A stretch of 64,000 nt of DNA, from assembly GCA_964437505.1 (NCBI GenBank), contig CAYTGU010000006.1, positions 5,400-69,399 on the forward strand. Direction: 5' to 3'. Numbering within the stretch: the first letter of the stretch is position 1; each line of letters opens with the position of its first letter. Shown in pieces: positions 26,951 through 38,464 of the stretch. The stretch is from an uncultured bacterium (GTDB lineage: Bacteria; JAHJDO01). The notes below the pieces were generated by a model, which did no database searches, was not told where the DNA came from, and saw only the letters and a list, made by a program, of their open reading frames with translations. Made by a program: the position numbers and the translations under genes.

Positions 26951-27808
26951 ATGATGCAAGTTTATATTGATGGAAAATTCTTTCCGCAGTCAAAGGCAAA
27001 TGTTTCCGTATATGACCACGGATTTTTATATGGGGACGGAGTTTTTGAGGGGATCAGGATCTATAATGACAATATATTTATGCTGGATGAACATATAAAC
27101 AGGCTTTATGATTCTGCAAAGGCAATCAAATTAATAATTCCATTATCAAAGGTAGAATTAAGAAATGCTGTTACACAAACTCATAAAGTTAACGGATTGA
27201 AGGATGGATATATAAGATTGATAGTAACAAGAGGCGTAGGGGATCTGGGTATTGATCCAGGAAAGTGCCCTAAACCATCAATTATCATCATTGTTAACAA
27301 AATAACTCTTTATCCGGGAGAACTTTATAAGAAAGGAATGGAGATCATAACTGCATCTACGCAAAGAACGCCTGTCAGCGCTCTGAATCCTCAGATAAAA
27401 TCCATGAATTATCTGAATAACATCCTTGCCAAGATTGAGGCGGTAAATGCCGGTGCTAACGAAGCGCTAATGCTGAATTCCTCCGGCAATGTTGTTGAAT
27501 GCAGCGGGGATAATATATTTATATACAGAAATGGTACTCTTATCACTCCGCCTACATCCATTGGTGCATTGGATGGGATTACAAGGGGAATAGTTATAAA
27601 GATTGCTAAGCAGGAAGGCTTGAAGGTTGAAGAACTTATTTTTTCGAGATATGAAGTATATACTTCTGATGAATGTTTCTTAACCGGAACAGCAGCTGAA
27701 ATTATCCCTGTAATAAAACTTGATGGAAGAGAAATAGGAAACGGAAAACCCGGAAAAATCACAGCGCTTCTAATAAACAAGTTCAAGAAATTTACCGGAG
27801 AGAAATAG
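26951..27808 (+). CDS. ilvE: Branched-chain amino acid aminotransferase
   Basis: DHGFLYGDGVFEGIR, IKSMNYL (PLP Lys), ECSGDNIF, L.GITR, FLTGTAAE. Confidence 0.92.
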   Translation: MMQVYIDGKFFPQSKANVSVYDHGFLYGDGVFEGIRIYNDNIFMLDEHINRLYDSAKAIKLIIPLSKVELRNAVTQTHKVNGLKDGYIRLIVTRGVGDLGIDPGKCPKPSIIIIVNKITLYPGELYKKGMEIITASTQRTPVSALNPQIKSMNYLNNILAKIEAVNAGANEALMLNSSGNVVECSGDNIFIYRNGTLITPPTSIGALDGITRGIVIKIAKQEGLKVEELIFSRYEVYTSDECFLTGTAAEIIPVIKLDGREIGNGKPGKITALLINKFKKFTGEK

Positions 27809-27809
27809 C

Positions 27810-28301
27810 ATGCTCTGTCAGATTTGTGAGGAACAGGAGGCAACGGTTCATTACACGGAAATTCTCAATAACAAAGCAGTAGAGCTGCATCTATGTGAAG
27901 ATTGTGCCAAAAAAAAAGAGATAATAGATCAATCCGGGAATTTTTCTATGGCGGATTTGGTTAAAGGGCTTACAGGTTTTGTAGAGACAGAAGACGGGGA
28001 GGCAAATCTGAAGTGTGATAATTGTGGTCTTTTGTTTTCGGATTTTAGAAAGACGGGACGTTTTGGCTGCAGCAGGTGTTATAAAACGTTCCAAGCTGAA
28101 CTGGAACCGCTGATAAAGAGGATTCACGGCAGCACAAAACATGTTGGCAGTGTCGTGCCGGCTAAGTATGCTAAAGAAACTCAGACTTTATCAAAGATTG
28201 AAAAGCTGAAGGTAGAAATGGAAAAGGCTGTTCAGCAGGAAGCGTTTGAGAAGGCGGCAAAGATTCGTGACCAGATAAAAAAGCTTGAAAAAGGAATTTA
28301 A
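27810..28301 (+). CDS. mcsA: McsA (protein arginine kinase activator)
   Basis: CQIC, HLCEDCA, CDNCG, GRFGCSRCY, H.G..P, UVR motif EAFEKAAKIRDQI. Confidence 0.92.
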   Translation: MLCQICEEQEATVHYTEILNNKAVELHLCEDCAKKKEIIDQSGNFSMADLVKGLTGFVETEDGEANLKCDNCGLLFSDFRKTGRFGCSRCYKTFQAELEPLIKRIHGSTKHVGSVVPAKYAKETQTLSKIEKLKVEMEKAVQQEAFEKAAKIRDQIKKLEKGI

Positions 28302-28303
28302 TA

Positions 28304-29371
28304 ATGTCTATTGATAAGTTGGTTGGACAGATTGCCGGCTGGCTGCAGAAGGAAGGGCCTCTGTCAGACATAGTTGTGAGCAGCAGAGTAAGACTTGCAA
28401 GGAATTATGATCTGATACCTTTTCCTCATCGCGCTAATAAGGAGCAGCTCAGAGAAGTAATATCAAAGACAGAGAAAGCTATAAAGAATAGTAAGTATTT
28501 AAAAAACACCTCAATTATAGACATGTCGGATTTAACAGATATAGATATCCAGTTTCTGGTGGAAAAACACCTTATAAGCCAGGAGTTTGGAAAGCCAAAA
28601 TCAGAACGGATATTAGTAGTCAGTGATAGAGAGATTATTAGTATAATGGTTAATGAAGAGGATCATTTGCGGCTTCAATGCATACAGTCCGGTTTACAGC
28701 TATTAGATAGCTGGAGATTGATCAATCAGGCAACATTAGAGCTTGAATCGCAAGTGGAATTTGCCTTTTCTAAGACATGGGGATACTTGACATCGTGTCC
28801 TACTAATGTTGGAACAGGTATGAGAGCATCGGTTTTGATCCATCTTCCTGCATTAGTAATTACCAAGCAGATAGGAAAAGTCCTGCAAGCAGTTGCCAAG
28901 CTGGGTATTGCAATTAGAGGGCTTTATGGAGAGGGGACTGAAGCGTATGGAAATTTCTTTCAAATATCTAATCAGGTTACTCTGGGATATAGCGAGGAGG
29001 ACATAATAAATAATATTGAATCTGTAGTAAAACAAGTCGTTGGTTATGAGGAGAATGCCAGGACACTAATGATAAAAGAAGATAAAAAAGTGATAGAAGA
29101 TAAGATTTGGCGCGCGTATGGAGTACTTTCGAATGTTAGAATCATTGATTTTCAGGAGACTTTAAACTTGTTGTCTCTTCTGCGATTAGGAATTGGATTG
29201 AAGATGATAGGCAAAATAGATAGAATATTAGTCAATAGAATGTTTATTATTACACAACCAGCGTATCTTCAAAAATTAGAAGGGAAAAAACTAGAGCCTT
29301 ATGAGCGTGATATAGCAAGAGCAAACCTTATTAGGAAAAATTTAGAAAAAGGGGAAAATAAAGATGTTTAG
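28304..29371 (+). CDS. mcsB: Protein arginine kinase McsB
   Basis: SSRVRLARN, MVNEEDHLR, YLTSCPTNVGTGMRAS, RGLYGEG, FQISNQ.TLG. Confidence 0.95.
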   Translation: MSIDKLVGQIAGWLQKEGPLSDIVVSSRVRLARNYDLIPFPHRANKEQLREVISKTEKAIKNSKYLKNTSIIDMSDLTDIDIQFLVEKHLISQEFGKPKSERILVVSDREIISIMVNEEDHLRLQCIQSGLQLLDSWRLINQATLELESQVEFAFSKTWGYLTSCPTNVGTGMRASVLIHLPALVITKQIGKVLQAVAKLGIAIRGLYGEGTEAYGNFFQISNQVTLGYSEEDIINNIESVVKQVVGYEENARTLMIKEDKKVIEDKIWRAYGVLSNVRIIDFQETLNLLSLLRLGIGLKMIGKIDRILVNRMFIITQPAYLQKLEGKKLEPYERDIARANLIRKNLEKGENKDV

Positions 29372-31838
29372 CAGATTTACAGAAAGAGCAAAACGTGTAG
29401 TTATAATGGCAAAGGAAGAAGCTACTCGCATGAATCATCCGCAGGTTGGAACAGAACATATTTTACTTGGTCTTCTCAGAGTGGGTAGTGGAGTAGCTCT
29501 GGCAGTAATTGAAAAATTGGGTATAGATTCAAAAAAGATAAGAGTAGAGATAGAGAAAAAAGTACAAACAGGTTCTCCTACACTAATACTTGGAGAGATG
29601 CCTTTAACTCCACAAGCCAAGAGAGTTTTAGAGATTGCTCTTGAGGAAGCGGCTGCACTTGGACATAATTATGTTGGGACAGAACATATATTTCTTGGCT
29701 TAATTCGTGAAAAAGAAGGAATCGCGGCTCAGGTTCTTGAACAAATGGGACTTAATTTGGAAAAGGTAAGAGCTGAAATAATGGGCCTTCTCGGTGGCGA
29801 GCCTTTAAGCGCAACAGCAGGTCATGCAGGATCGGGAGTGACTGGAGCGAAGACTAATAAGACACCTGCGCTTGATGCATTTGGCACTAATCTTACAAAG
29901 CTTGCAGTTGACGGAAAACTTGATCCTGTTATAGGGAGAAAGGATGAAATAGAGAGAGTAATCCATATATTAAGCAGGAGGAAAAAGAATAATCCTGTTC
30001 TTTTAGGAGATGCGGGAGTTGGTAAAACAGCTATTGTAGAGGGATTGGCTCAGCAAATAATTGCTGGGAATGTTCCTGATTCCATTAAGGGAGAAAGGCT
30101 CATAACCCTTGATTTAGCTTCTATGGTTGCAGGGACAAAATATCGCGGTCAGTTTGAGGAAAGAATTAAGGCTCTTATGACAGAGATAAAAAAATCGGAT
30201 GATGTAATATTGTTTATTGATGAAATACATAATTTAGTAGGTGCAGGTGCTGCAGAAGGAGCAATAGATGCTTCCAGTATACTAAAACCTGCTTTAGCCA
30301 GAGGAGATATTCAGTGTATTGGAGCAACAACTGTAGATGAGTACAGAAAATACATTGAAAAAGACGCTGCTCTGGAAAGGCGTTTTCAAACAATTATGGT
30401 TGAAGCTCCGTCTGTAAAGGAAACAATAGGGATATTGAAGGGATTAAGAGATAAGTATGAAGCATATCATAGAGTAAGGATAGCAGATGAAGCATTGGAG
30501 TCTGCGGCTAAACTATCTGATCGTTACATAACTGATAGATTTTTACCGGATAAGGCGATAGATGTCATAGATGAAGCCGGTGCAAAGGTTCGGCTATCAG
30601 TCACGACTGCGCCTTTGGATGTAAAAAAACTTGAAAAACAAGTAAATGAGGTTAAAAAGGAAAAGGAAGCAGCTATTAAAGCACAGGATTTTGAAAAAGC
30701 GGCAGAATTAAGAGATCAGGAGAAAAAGCTGAAGGCTGAACTCTCTAGTCAGCAGAAGAATTGGAAGCAGTCGGATAAAAAAACATCAGCTGTAGTAACC
30801 ACTGATGTAATTGCAGAGATTGTGTCCAAGTGGACAGGGATACCAATTCAGAGACTTCAGGAAGCGGAGGCTAAAAAGCTTCTCAAGATGGAAGAGGCTC
30901 TGCATAAGCGTGTTATTGGACAGGATGAACCAATAGAATCAATCAGCAGGGCAATAAGACGTTCACGATCGGGGTTGAAAGATCCAAAAAGACCTGTTGG
31001 TTCATTTATTTTTCTGGGACCTACAGGAGTAGGAAAAACTGAACTTGCAAAGACATTAGCGGAGTTTTTATTTGGAGATAGAGATGCTCTTATACGTCTT
31101 GATATGTCAGAGTACATGGAGAAATTTGCTATATCAAGGCTTATCGGGGCTCCTCCTGGGTATGTAGGTTATGAGGAAGGGGGGCTGCTTACTGAAAAAG
31201 TAAGAAGACGGCCATACTCTGTGGTTCTTCTTGATGAGATAGAAAAAGCGCATCCTGATGTCTTCAATATACTCTTACAGGTATTTGACGATGGCAGATT
31301 GACAGACAGTTTAAATCATACTGTGGATTTTAGAAATACAGTATTAATTATGACATCAAACATTGGCACACGCGATATAAAGCGCGGATCTTTGGGATTT
31401 CGCTCTTCGGATAAGAAACGTACGTATGAGGAAACTAAATCCAAACTTGTGAGTGAGGTTAAACAGGTGTTTAGACCGGAATTTATTAATAGATTGGACG
31501 AAGTAATAGTATTTCATGAGCTCACTAAAGATGAACTAAAAAAGATAGTGGATTTGATGTTAGGTGGTATATATTCCCATCTCGAATCAGATAGAATCAA
31601 ATTACACATTGCTTCTCAGGCAAAGGATTTCCTTATCGAAAAAGGCTATGACCCTGTTTATGGAGCAAGACCTCTCCGAAGAGCTATACAGCGTTATATT
31701 GAAGACCCTCTCTCTGAGGAAATATTAAGGAGAAAAATTCCCAAGGGCTCCACAATAGAGGTTGTTCAAAAAGGAGATAAGCTGGATTTTAGTATAAAAA
31801 AACGGAAGGCTGCTGGAAACACAAAGGGGAAAGGATAA
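29364..31838 (+). CDS. clpC: ATP-dependent Clp protease ATP-binding subunit ClpC
   Basis: Double Clp-N repeats, [11 protein letters not shown] linker, [27 protein letters not shown]. Confidence 0.96.
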   Translation: MFSRFTERAKRVVIMAKEEATRMNHPQVGTEHILLGLLRVGSGVALAVIEKLGIDSKKIRVEIEKKVQTGSPTLILGEMPLTPQAKRVLEIALEEAAALGHNYVGTEHIFLGLIREKEGIAAQVLEQMGLNLEKVRAEIMGLLGGEPLSATAGHAGSGVTGAKTNKTPALDAFGTNLTKLAVDGKLDPVIGRKDEIERVIHILSRRKKNNPVLLGDAGVGKTAIVEGLAQQIIAGNVPDSIKGERLITLDLASMVAGTKYRGQFEERIKALMTEIKKSDDVILFIDEIHNLVGAGAAEGAIDASSILKPALARGDIQCIGATTVDEYRKYIEKDAALERRFQTIMVEAPSVKETIGILKGLRDKYEAYHRVRIADEALESAAKLSDRYITDRFLPDKAIDVIDEAGAKVRLSVTTAPLDVKKLEKQVNEVKKEKEAAIKAQDFEKAAELRDQEKKLKAELSSQQKNWKQSDKKTSAVVTTDVIAEIVSKWTGIPIQRLQEAEAKKLLKMEEALHKRVIGQDEPIESISRAIRRSRSGLKDPKRPVGSFIFLGPTGVGKTELAKTLAEFLFGDRDALIRLDMSEYMEKFAISRLIGAPPGYVGYEEGGLLTEKVRRRPYSVVLLDEIEKAHPDVFNILLQVFDDGRLTDSLNHTVDFRNTVLIMTSNIGTRDIKRGSLGFRSSDKKRTYEETKSKLVSEVKQVFRPEFINRLDEVIVFHELTKDELKKIVDLMLGGIYSHLESDRIKLHIASQAKDFLIEKGYDPVYGARPLRRAIQRYIEDPLSEEILRRKIPKGSTIEVVQKGDKLDFSIKKRKAAGNTKGKG

Positions 31839-32365
31839 TGTCAAAAAAACTCTGCGCAAGTATTTTTCTTTTTTCGCTTTGTATTCTATCTTCAACCTGT
31901 CATGCAGCAGACGAGCTAAAGATAGGTTATGTAAATTTCTCTGTGCTGTTTGAAGGTTATTACAAGACAGAAAAAGCAGAGGCTGACTTGAAAAAAGAAG
32001 CGGACAAGAAACAAGAAAGGATAAAAGAAATTCGGGAAGAGATTAATAATATTCGAAAGAAGCTTGGATCAGGTGTGTTAAAGCAAGAAGAAAAAGATAA
32101 ACAGAAAGGAGTTCTCGAACAAAAGGTTCTTCAATTGAATAGAGTTATTAGAGAAAGCAAAAGAGAACTGGAAGTTAAAAGAGAAAAAGCCGTTAGGGAA
32201 ATTATAAAGGACATAGAGACTGTGATTAAAGAATATTCAGAAAAAAAGGGATATACTCTGGTAATTGGGAATCGTGATCTATTATATGTGGATAAAAAAT
32301 TGGACATTACAAAGCACATAGAAGATTTATTGAAGAAAAAAGAAATGAAGAAAAACAGAAAATAA
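31838..32365 (+). CDS. skp: OmpH/Skp periplasmic chaperone
   Basis: Signal peptide, KIGYVN, coiled coil, YTLV...LLY....DIT; precedes lipid A genes. Confidence 0.85.
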   Translation: MSKKLCASIFLFSLCILSSTCHAADELKIGYVNFSVLFEGYYKTEKAEADLKKEADKKQERIKEIREEINNIRKKLGSGVLKQEEKDKQKGVLEQKVLQLNRVIRESKRELEVKREKAVREIIKDIETVIKEYSEKKGYTLVIGNRDLLYVDKKLDITKHIEDLLKKKEMKKNRK

Positions 32366-32379
32366 TAAAAGGGAAGATT

Positions 32380-33663
32380 ATGCAATTACAGACAACAATA
32401 AGTAATGAAGCGATTTGCGAAGGTATTGGCTTGCATACAGGAAATAAAACAACCATTTGTTTTAAACCTGCGGATGAAAATACAGGCATAAAATTTATAA
32501 GAAAGGATTTGCCAGAGAGACCCATAGTTAAAGCGGATATTGGTGGAGTTGTTGATACAGCCAGAGGGACTTCACTAGGTAAAAGCGATATAAAAGTGCA
32601 TACTGTGGAGCACGTGCTTGCAGCAGCAGCAGGTTTAGGGATTGATAATATGTTGGTTGAACTCAGCAGCAATGAGCCTCCTGTAGTTGATGGAAGCGCC
32701 TTACCATTTATAGAGGCGTTGGAGGGGGCAAAGCTTGTGCAGCAAAAAGCGCCTAGGAAGTTTTTTGAGGTAAAGGAGCCTGTTTGGGTTTCCGAAAATG
32801 GTTCTTCTTTGGTTGCTTTGCCATCAAAAGATTTTCGAATCTCATTTACTATTGACTATAATCATCCTGTGCTTAATTCCCAATTCGCATCAGTTATAAT
32901 TACCCCTGAATCTTTCAAGGAAGAAATAGCCTCTGCAAGAACATTCTGTTTTCTGGAAGAGGTGGAGATGTTGCAAAAAGAAGGGCTCATAAAAGGTGGC
33001 AGTTTAGAGAATGCTGTTGTTATAGGGGACGAAGCTCTTCTTAACGATAAATTGAGGTTTGAAAACGAGTTTGTTATGCATAAGATACTTGATTTAATGG
33101 GCGATCTGTATTTGCTGGGACAGCCAATAAAAGCGCATGTTATTTCAATAAAAAGTGGGCACTCTTTAAATATAGAGCTTGTTAAAAAACTTAAAAAAAT
33201 GGAAGAGCTGGTGGATGACGACGATACGGAGACAAAAACCAGTTTAGACATAGATGAGATAAAAAAGATTCTTCCGCACAGATATCCATTTTTACTTGTT
33301 GACAGGATAATAAAGATTGAAGAAGATAAAAAAATAGTAGGGATTAAGAATGTTACTGCCAATGAAATTTTTTTTCAGGGACACTTTCCAGGCTATCCAA
33401 TAATGCCCGGTGTGCTAATTGTTGAGGCAATGGCGCAGGTAGGCGGGATTCTGTTATTAAGAAAAAAAGAGAATAGAGGAAAGACGCCATTTTTTGCTAA
33501 GATGGATAATGTCAAATTAAGACGACCTGTCAGACCAGGAGATCAACTTGTTATAGAGGTTGAGGTAATTAAGGCAAAGAGCAGAGTTGGTAGGGTAATG
33601 GCAAAGGCTTCTGTTGACGGTGAGATAGTATGCGAAGCAGAATTAACATCAATCGTACAATAA
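32380..33663 (+). CDS. lpxC: Bifunctional LpxC/FabZ
   Basis: [29 protein letters not shown], then [32 protein letters not shown]. Confidence 0.95.
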   Translation: MQLQTTISNEAICEGIGLHTGNKTTICFKPADENTGIKFIRKDLPERPIVKADIGGVVDTARGTSLGKSDIKVHTVEHVLAAAAGLGIDNMLVELSSNEPPVVDGSALPFIEALEGAKLVQQKAPRKFFEVKEPVWVSENGSSLVALPSKDFRISFTIDYNHPVLNSQFASVIITPESFKEEIASARTFCFLEEVEMLQKEGLIKGGSLENAVVIGDEALLNDKLRFENEFVMHKILDLMGDLYLLGQPIKAHVISIKSGHSLNIELVKKLKKMEELVDDDDTETKTSLDIDEIKKILPHRYPFLLVDRIIKIEEDKKIVGIKNVTANEIFFQGHFPGYPIMPGVLIVEAMAQVGGILLLRKKENRGKTPFFAKMDNVKLRRPVRPGDQLVIEVEVIKAKSRVGRVMAKASVDGEIVCEAELTSIVQ

Positions 33664-33676
33664 AGGATAATAGAAA

Positions 33677-34447
33677 ATGACAATTCATAATACAGCCGTT
33701 ATTTCTCCAAGCGCTAAGATTTCTAAAGGTGTAAAAATTGGACCGTGGAGTGTTATAGGAGAAAATGTCGAAATAGGGGAGGGGACAGAAATTGGTTCTA
33801 ATGTCGTAATAGACGGCTGGACAACTATAGGTAAGAACAATAAGATATCTCCTGGCGCAGTTATTGGGACGGCTCCACAGGATGTAAAATATACAGATGC
33901 GCGTACATACGTTAAAATAGGCAACGGGAATATTATAAGAGAATATGTTACAATTAATAGAGCAACGGAGCCAGACACAGAAACGGTGGTGGGGAATAAT
34001 AATTTTTTTATGGCATATACACACATCGCACATAATTGTAAGGTAGGTAATAATGTTATAATGGTTAATTATACAGCATTATCCGGACATACTGTGTTAG
34101 AAAATGGATGTGTATTGTCCGGTCTGGTAGGCATTCATCAGGGGGCAAGGGTTGGTAAATTCGCTATAGTAGGAGGATTATCTAAGGTGGTTAAGGATAT
34201 TCCTCCATTTGCAAGGGCAGATGGACATCCTACAAGGATATATGGACTGAATACTATAGGGTTAACAAGAAAAAACATCCCTGCTCCAGTTATAGAAAAA
34301 CTTAAAAAGGCTTATAAAATCTTGTTTAGATCTGGCATGAATACTAGTCAGGCTTTAGCAAAGATTGAAGAAGATATCCCTTTGATAGATGAAATACAAT
34401 ATCTTATAAATTTTATTAAAACATCGGATAGAGGTATATGTAAATGA
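33677..34447 (+). CDS. lpxA: UDP-N-acetylglucosamine acyltransferase
   Basis: Hexapeptide repeats, PQD.KY, IREYVTI.R, HIAHNC, VHQ-like IHQ, GLN..GL.R. Confidence 0.93.
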   Translation: MTIHNTAVISPSAKISKGVKIGPWSVIGENVEIGEGTEIGSNVVIDGWTTIGKNNKISPGAVIGTAPQDVKYTDARTYVKIGNGNIIREYVTINRATEPDTETVVGNNNFFMAYTHIAHNCKVGNNVIMVNYTALSGHTVLENGCVLSGLVGIHQGARVGKFAIVGGLSKVVKDIPPFARADGHPTRIYGLNTIGLTRKNIPAPVIEKLKKAYKILFRSGMNTSQALAKIEEDIPLIDEIQYLINFIKTSDRGICK

Positions 34448-35262
34448 AGGATGTAATAACCAGTTCTAGGATTGGCTTGATCTCTGGAAAAGGAAAGTTT
34501 CCCATCATTTTAGCGCAAGAAGCTAAGAGAAGGGGCATGAAGGTAGTTGCTATTGCGTTAAAAGAGGCAACAAACGCCGAGTTGGAAAACTATGTAGATA
34601 AAATATATTGGATCAGTATTGGAGAGATGGAAAAAGGTTTAGATGTTTTAGTCAAAGAAGATTTAAAGGAAGTTTTCATGGTAGGGAAGGTAGAAAAGAG
34701 CCTGCTGTTTAAAAATATTTCAAGGGACGGTATGATATCTAATCTTATTAAATCTGCAGCTGATAAATTAGATAATACACTGCTAAAGGCAATATCAAAT
34801 AAACTGGCTGAATTAGATATAGAATTGTTGGATTCTACTATACTTATTAGGCCTCTTATACCTCAAAGAGGCATACTTACAGAAAGAAAGCCTACACAAG
34901 CAGAGATGGATGATGTTAATTTTGGTCAGAAAATAGCCAAATCGATTGCTGCTCTATATATAGGACAAACAGTTATTGTAAAAGATAAGGCTATCCTGGC
35001 AGTAGAGGCGATAGAGGGTACTGATCAGACAATTAAGCGGGCCGGCATGTATTGTAAAAAGGGTATAGTTATGGTTAAAGTCAGCTGGCCTGATCAGGAT
35101 ATGCGTCTTGATGTTCCCACGATTGGTACTGATACAATCAAACTTTTAAAAGAAGTCAATGCATCTGTAATAGCTATAGAAGCGCAGAAAACCATCATTC
35201 TAGATATAGAAGAATCCGTTAATACAGCAAACCGCGCTGGAATCTGCATGGTTGCGTTCTAA
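34444..35262 (+). CDS. lpxI: UDP-2,3-diacylglucosamine pyrophosphatase LpxI
   Basis: IGLISG.G.FP, IGQTVIV, AVEAIEGTD..I.R, K...P.QD.R.DVPTIG. Confidence 0.9.
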   Translation: MKDVITSSRIGLISGKGKFPIILAQEAKRRGMKVVAIALKEATNAELENYVDKIYWISIGEMEKGLDVLVKEDLKEVFMVGKVEKSLLFKNISRDGMISNLIKSAADKLDNTLLKAISNKLAELDIELLDSTILIRPLIPQRGILTERKPTQAEMDDVNFGQKIAKSIAALYIGQTVIVKDKAILAVEAIEGTDQTIKRAGMYCKKGIVMVKVSWPDQDMRLDVPTIGTDTIKLLKEVNASVIAIEAQKTIILDIEESVNTANRAGICMVAF

Positions 35263-36749
35263 TGTGTTAAAGCATAAGCAATAATATTTGTGGCAAGTTT
35301 TATACTGTCCGGATATTTTATCCCAAGCCTGATAGGATAAGATACAACATTCTGCCATCCCCAGGCCAAATCATATTTACTATAAACCAGTACAATATTC
35401 CCTCCTATACTGATCCCTTCAAGATACGGCAAATCTGATGCATTAATCAGACGAGCATGGTCAGTATATTTGACCGATTTAATATCATGTATAGTTCCAT
35501 AGATAGGATGAGTTGCGGAAATCCGGGTTAATTTTTTATCAGGGAATATATTTTTAACATGATGTCTAAAGGATGAGTCAAACGCTTTCATCCCTGTTCT
35601 ATTATCAACAAGCAGAAATCCTCCTCTGGTTAAATATTTTCTAAGATTGTTACACTCCTGATCTGAAAGGACAAACTCTCCATGGCCAGTCATATATAAA
35701 AATGGATATGTAAACAGGTTGGAATTTGTTAATGTTATTTCTTTTGGGTGCAAACTTACTTCGCATGATGTGCTATTGGCAAGTTCTCTCAACAGATTAG
35801 AGAGACGGGATAAAGAAGGATCCCAGTATCCACTGTGTTTGATTTGAGCAATAAAGAATTCAGACAATTCTTTTTCCTTAGGAGATTTATAGAGACGCTG
35901 AACACTTAGATATTCTCCAACAGGATAAAAGCTTAAGATGTAAGCAATGATATTATCCCCCATTTTTAGAGAGTCTGAAATAGAATATCTTTTTCCATAA
36001 TTGTGAGTATGTCCTGACCATCCGCAGCTAAGATCGTATACGGATAGAAATAATGCTGTGCGTGAGCCAATATCAATTCCGTAGAGAACTGGTTCTGACT
36101 GAAAATATTTTTTGTCAATCTTCATACGCACTCTCTCTATAGTATGAAGCGTCCTATAAACAGGATGATCAAGCGGTAGTTTATATAGAGGTCTATCAGG
36201 AAACATTTCTCCAATTAATTTGGTGAAGGATTGTCTAATTTCATTCCTTCCGCAGCAGCAGTCGCAAATTAATGTGCCTCCGCTCTCCAGATACCTCCGA
36301 AGAGATACAACTTCTTTTTTATCAAACGAAAATGAGAGATGTCCTGTAATATAGAGAATCGGACAATCCTTTGGACTGATTACAGGAGTTTTTTGAACAT
36401 AGGAGGAGAGAGAGAGCCGTGAAGTTTTATACTGAACTTTAAGTGTCTTTTTAATATGTCTTAATAGACCGTAGTCATCACTCCAGTCGCTAAGCCATTG
36501 TTTATTTACGCCATATTTGATCTTTACAAGAAGTACAGGTGGAGAAGGTGGTCGTTTTTTTTCAGTTCTGCGCAAAGGAGCAACAGGCAGTGGCAATGGA
36601 GGAAAAGATTCTCCTCCTGCACGTCTGTGAGCCTTTGCTTTAGGAGGTGGACCGCACACATCCAGAACTTTTTCTTCCTGCGCTAGCGAATAAGAAGAGA
36701 AAAATACTAAGAGAATACTTAAGATTATGAATTGAGATTTCTTTATCAT
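35259..36749 (-). CDS. Exported protein with two DUF4159-like domains
   Basis: Signal peptide, Pro-rich linker, two repeats of P.LY.TGH..F......LR.YL..GG.L..D, HP.Y, DL..GW. Only long minus-strand CDS; its stop overlaps the lpxI stop. Confidence 0.75.
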   Translation of the reverse strand: MIKKSQFIILSILLVFFSSYSLAQEEKVLDVCGPPPKAKAHRRAGGESFPPLPLPVAPLRRTEKKRPPSPPVLLVKIKYGVNKQWLSDWSDDYGLLRHIKKTLKVQYKTSRLSLSSYVQKTPVISPKDCPILYITGHLSFSFDKKEVVSLRRYLESGGTLICDCCCGRNEIRQSFTKLIGEMFPDRPLYKLPLDHPVYRTLHTIERVRMKIDKKYFQSEPVLYGIDIGSRTALFLSVYDLSCGWSGHTHNYGKRYSISDSLKMGDNIIAYILSFYPVGEYLSVQRLYKSPKEKELSEFFIAQIKHSGYWDPSLSRLSNLLRELANSTSCEVSLHPKEITLTNSNLFTYPFLYMTGHGEFVLSDQECNNLRKYLTRGGFLLVDNRTGMKAFDSSFRHHVKNIFPDKKLTRISATHPIYGTIHDIKSVKYTDHARLINASDLPYLEGISIGGNIVLVYSKYDLAWGWQNVVSYPIRLGIKYPDSIKLATNIIAYALTH

Positions 36750-36857
36750 GTTAAACCTCTTTTATGCATGCATTATACACAAAATCTTAACAAATAAAAC
36801 TTTCTATTGTCTTATGTTTTTGATACAATCGCTGTTGTCGATATTATAAAGGGATAT

Positions 36858-37469
36858 ATGATTTTATTGCAGGTCTTTGTTCTGCTTCTTGCGGTGGTAA
36901 TACACGAGGTTGCCCATGGTTGGGTAGCTTACAAATGCGGAGACTCTACTGCCAGAGATATGGGAAGGCTTACGCTTAATCCTATTCCTCATATTGATCT
37001 TAATATGACCATAATAATGCCTATTTTTATATATATAATGTCAGGGGGAAGAGCTATATTTGGAGGCGCAAAACCAGTTCCTATTAATCCTAATAATTTC
37101 AGGAACCCTAAAAGAGATATGATCCTCGTTTCCCTTGCCGGATGTGTGGCGAATTTTTTAACTGCAATTTTATTTGCGCTTCTTATAAGATTGGGAATTG
37201 CAAAAATAATACCTGCTTTCACTATGTTGTGTATGTATGGTGTGCTGATAAACATTCTTTTAGGTGTATTTAATCTTATTCCAATACCTCCGTTAGATGG
37301 CTCAAAAGTATTAATGTCAGTTTTGCCACGCAGGCAGATGATGAGTTATCTAAAATTTGAGAGATTTGGGATTATTCTGGTAATGCTCTTTTTTTACTTC
37401 GGTTTTCGTTTTCTTTATAGTAACGTTATCGGGCCTTTAGCCTCTCTAATGATTGGTGGAGTATTATGA
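36858..37469 (+). CDS. Site-2 protease family (M50) intramembrane metalloprotease
   Basis: IHEVAHG, GRLTLNP..H.D, AKPVPINP, FNLIPIPPLDGS. Start uncertain (36807 TTG or 36858 ATG). Confidence 0.9.
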   Translation: MILLQVFVLLLAVVIHEVAHGWVAYKCGDSTARDMGRLTLNPIPHIDLNMTIIMPIFIYIMSGGRAIFGGAKPVPINPNNFRNPKRDMILVSLAGCVANFLTAILFALLIRLGIAKIIPAFTMLCMYGVLINILLGVFNLIPIPPLDGSKVLMSVLPRRQMMSYLKFERFGIILVMLFFYFGFRFLYSNVIGPLASLMIGGVL

Positions 37470-38464
37470 AGAAGAGAATTTTAACAGGGGATAGACCGAC
37501 AGGACAGTTGCACATTGGACACCTTTTGGGAGCTTTGCAAGATCGTGTAGCGCTTCAGGATGAATATGATACCTTTGTAATAATTGCTGATGTGCAAGCA
37601 TTAACTGATAATTTTAAGGATCCACAAAAAGTGCGAAGCAACGTTTTCGAGGTTGCAGTTGATAATCTTGCCGTTGGTATTGACCCAGACAAATCAACTA
37701 TTTTTATTCAGTCTCTAATTCCTGAAATAGCAGAACTGACTATTTTTTATTCTAATTTGGTTACGATTGCCAGATTAGAGAGAAATCCAACCGTTAAAGA
37801 AGAGATTAAACAAAAAAAGGATTTATTTGGCGATAGCGTGACATTTGGGTTTTTGGGATATCCAGTTAGTCAGGCAGCAGACATTACTGCGTTTCAGGCT
37901 GATTTGGTACCAGTAGGTGATGATCAATTGCCTCAAATTGAGTTAGCGAGAGAAATTGTTAGAAAATTTAACCAGATTTACGGGCAAACACTAAAGGAGC
38001 CGGAACCCAGAATAGGCAGGTTTCCCAGAGTTAAGGGACTGGATGGAAATAAAATGAGCAAGAGTTTGAATAATGCTATATATCTGGCTGACTCTCCTGA
38101 AATAATTGAAAAGAAAATTCTTTCAGCAATAACTGATACAGAAAAGATTCGTCTTAAGGATAAAGGTCATCCGGATATTTGCACAGTATATCATTATCAC
38201 GAAATGTTTAGTGCTGAAGAATTAGAGATAATTAAAACTGAATGTAAAAAGGGAGATAGAGGCTGTGTCCAATGTAAAAAGCAATTAGCTCAAAAAATAA
38301 TTAAAATATTGTCTCCAATCCGAGAAAAGAGGTTATACTATCAAGAGAAAAGAAAACTAGTTGAGGAAATTTTATATGAAGGAACTAAGAAAGCGAGGCA
38401 GGTTGCGAAAGCTACTATGTCAGAGGTTAGAGAAGCAATGAAACTATACAGTGGAGTATCTTAA
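37466..38464 (+). CDS. trpS: Tryptophan--tRNA ligase
   Basis: TGDRPTG.LHIGH, YPVSQAADI, VPVGDDQ, KMSKS. Confidence 0.96.
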   Translation: MKKRILTGDRPTGQLHIGHLLGALQDRVALQDEYDTFVIIADVQALTDNFKDPQKVRSNVFEVAVDNLAVGIDPDKSTIFIQSLIPEIAELTIFYSNLVTIARLERNPTVKEEIKQKKDLFGDSVTFGFLGYPVSQAADITAFQADLVPVGDDQLPQIELAREIVRKFNQIYGQTLKEPEPRIGRFPRVKGLDGNKMSKSLNNAIYLADSPEIIEKKILSAITDTEKIRLKDKGHPDICTVYHYHEMFSAEELEIIKTECKKGDRGCVQCKKQLAQKIIKILSPIREKRLYYQEKRKLVEEILYEGTKKARQVAKATMSEVREAMKLYSGVS

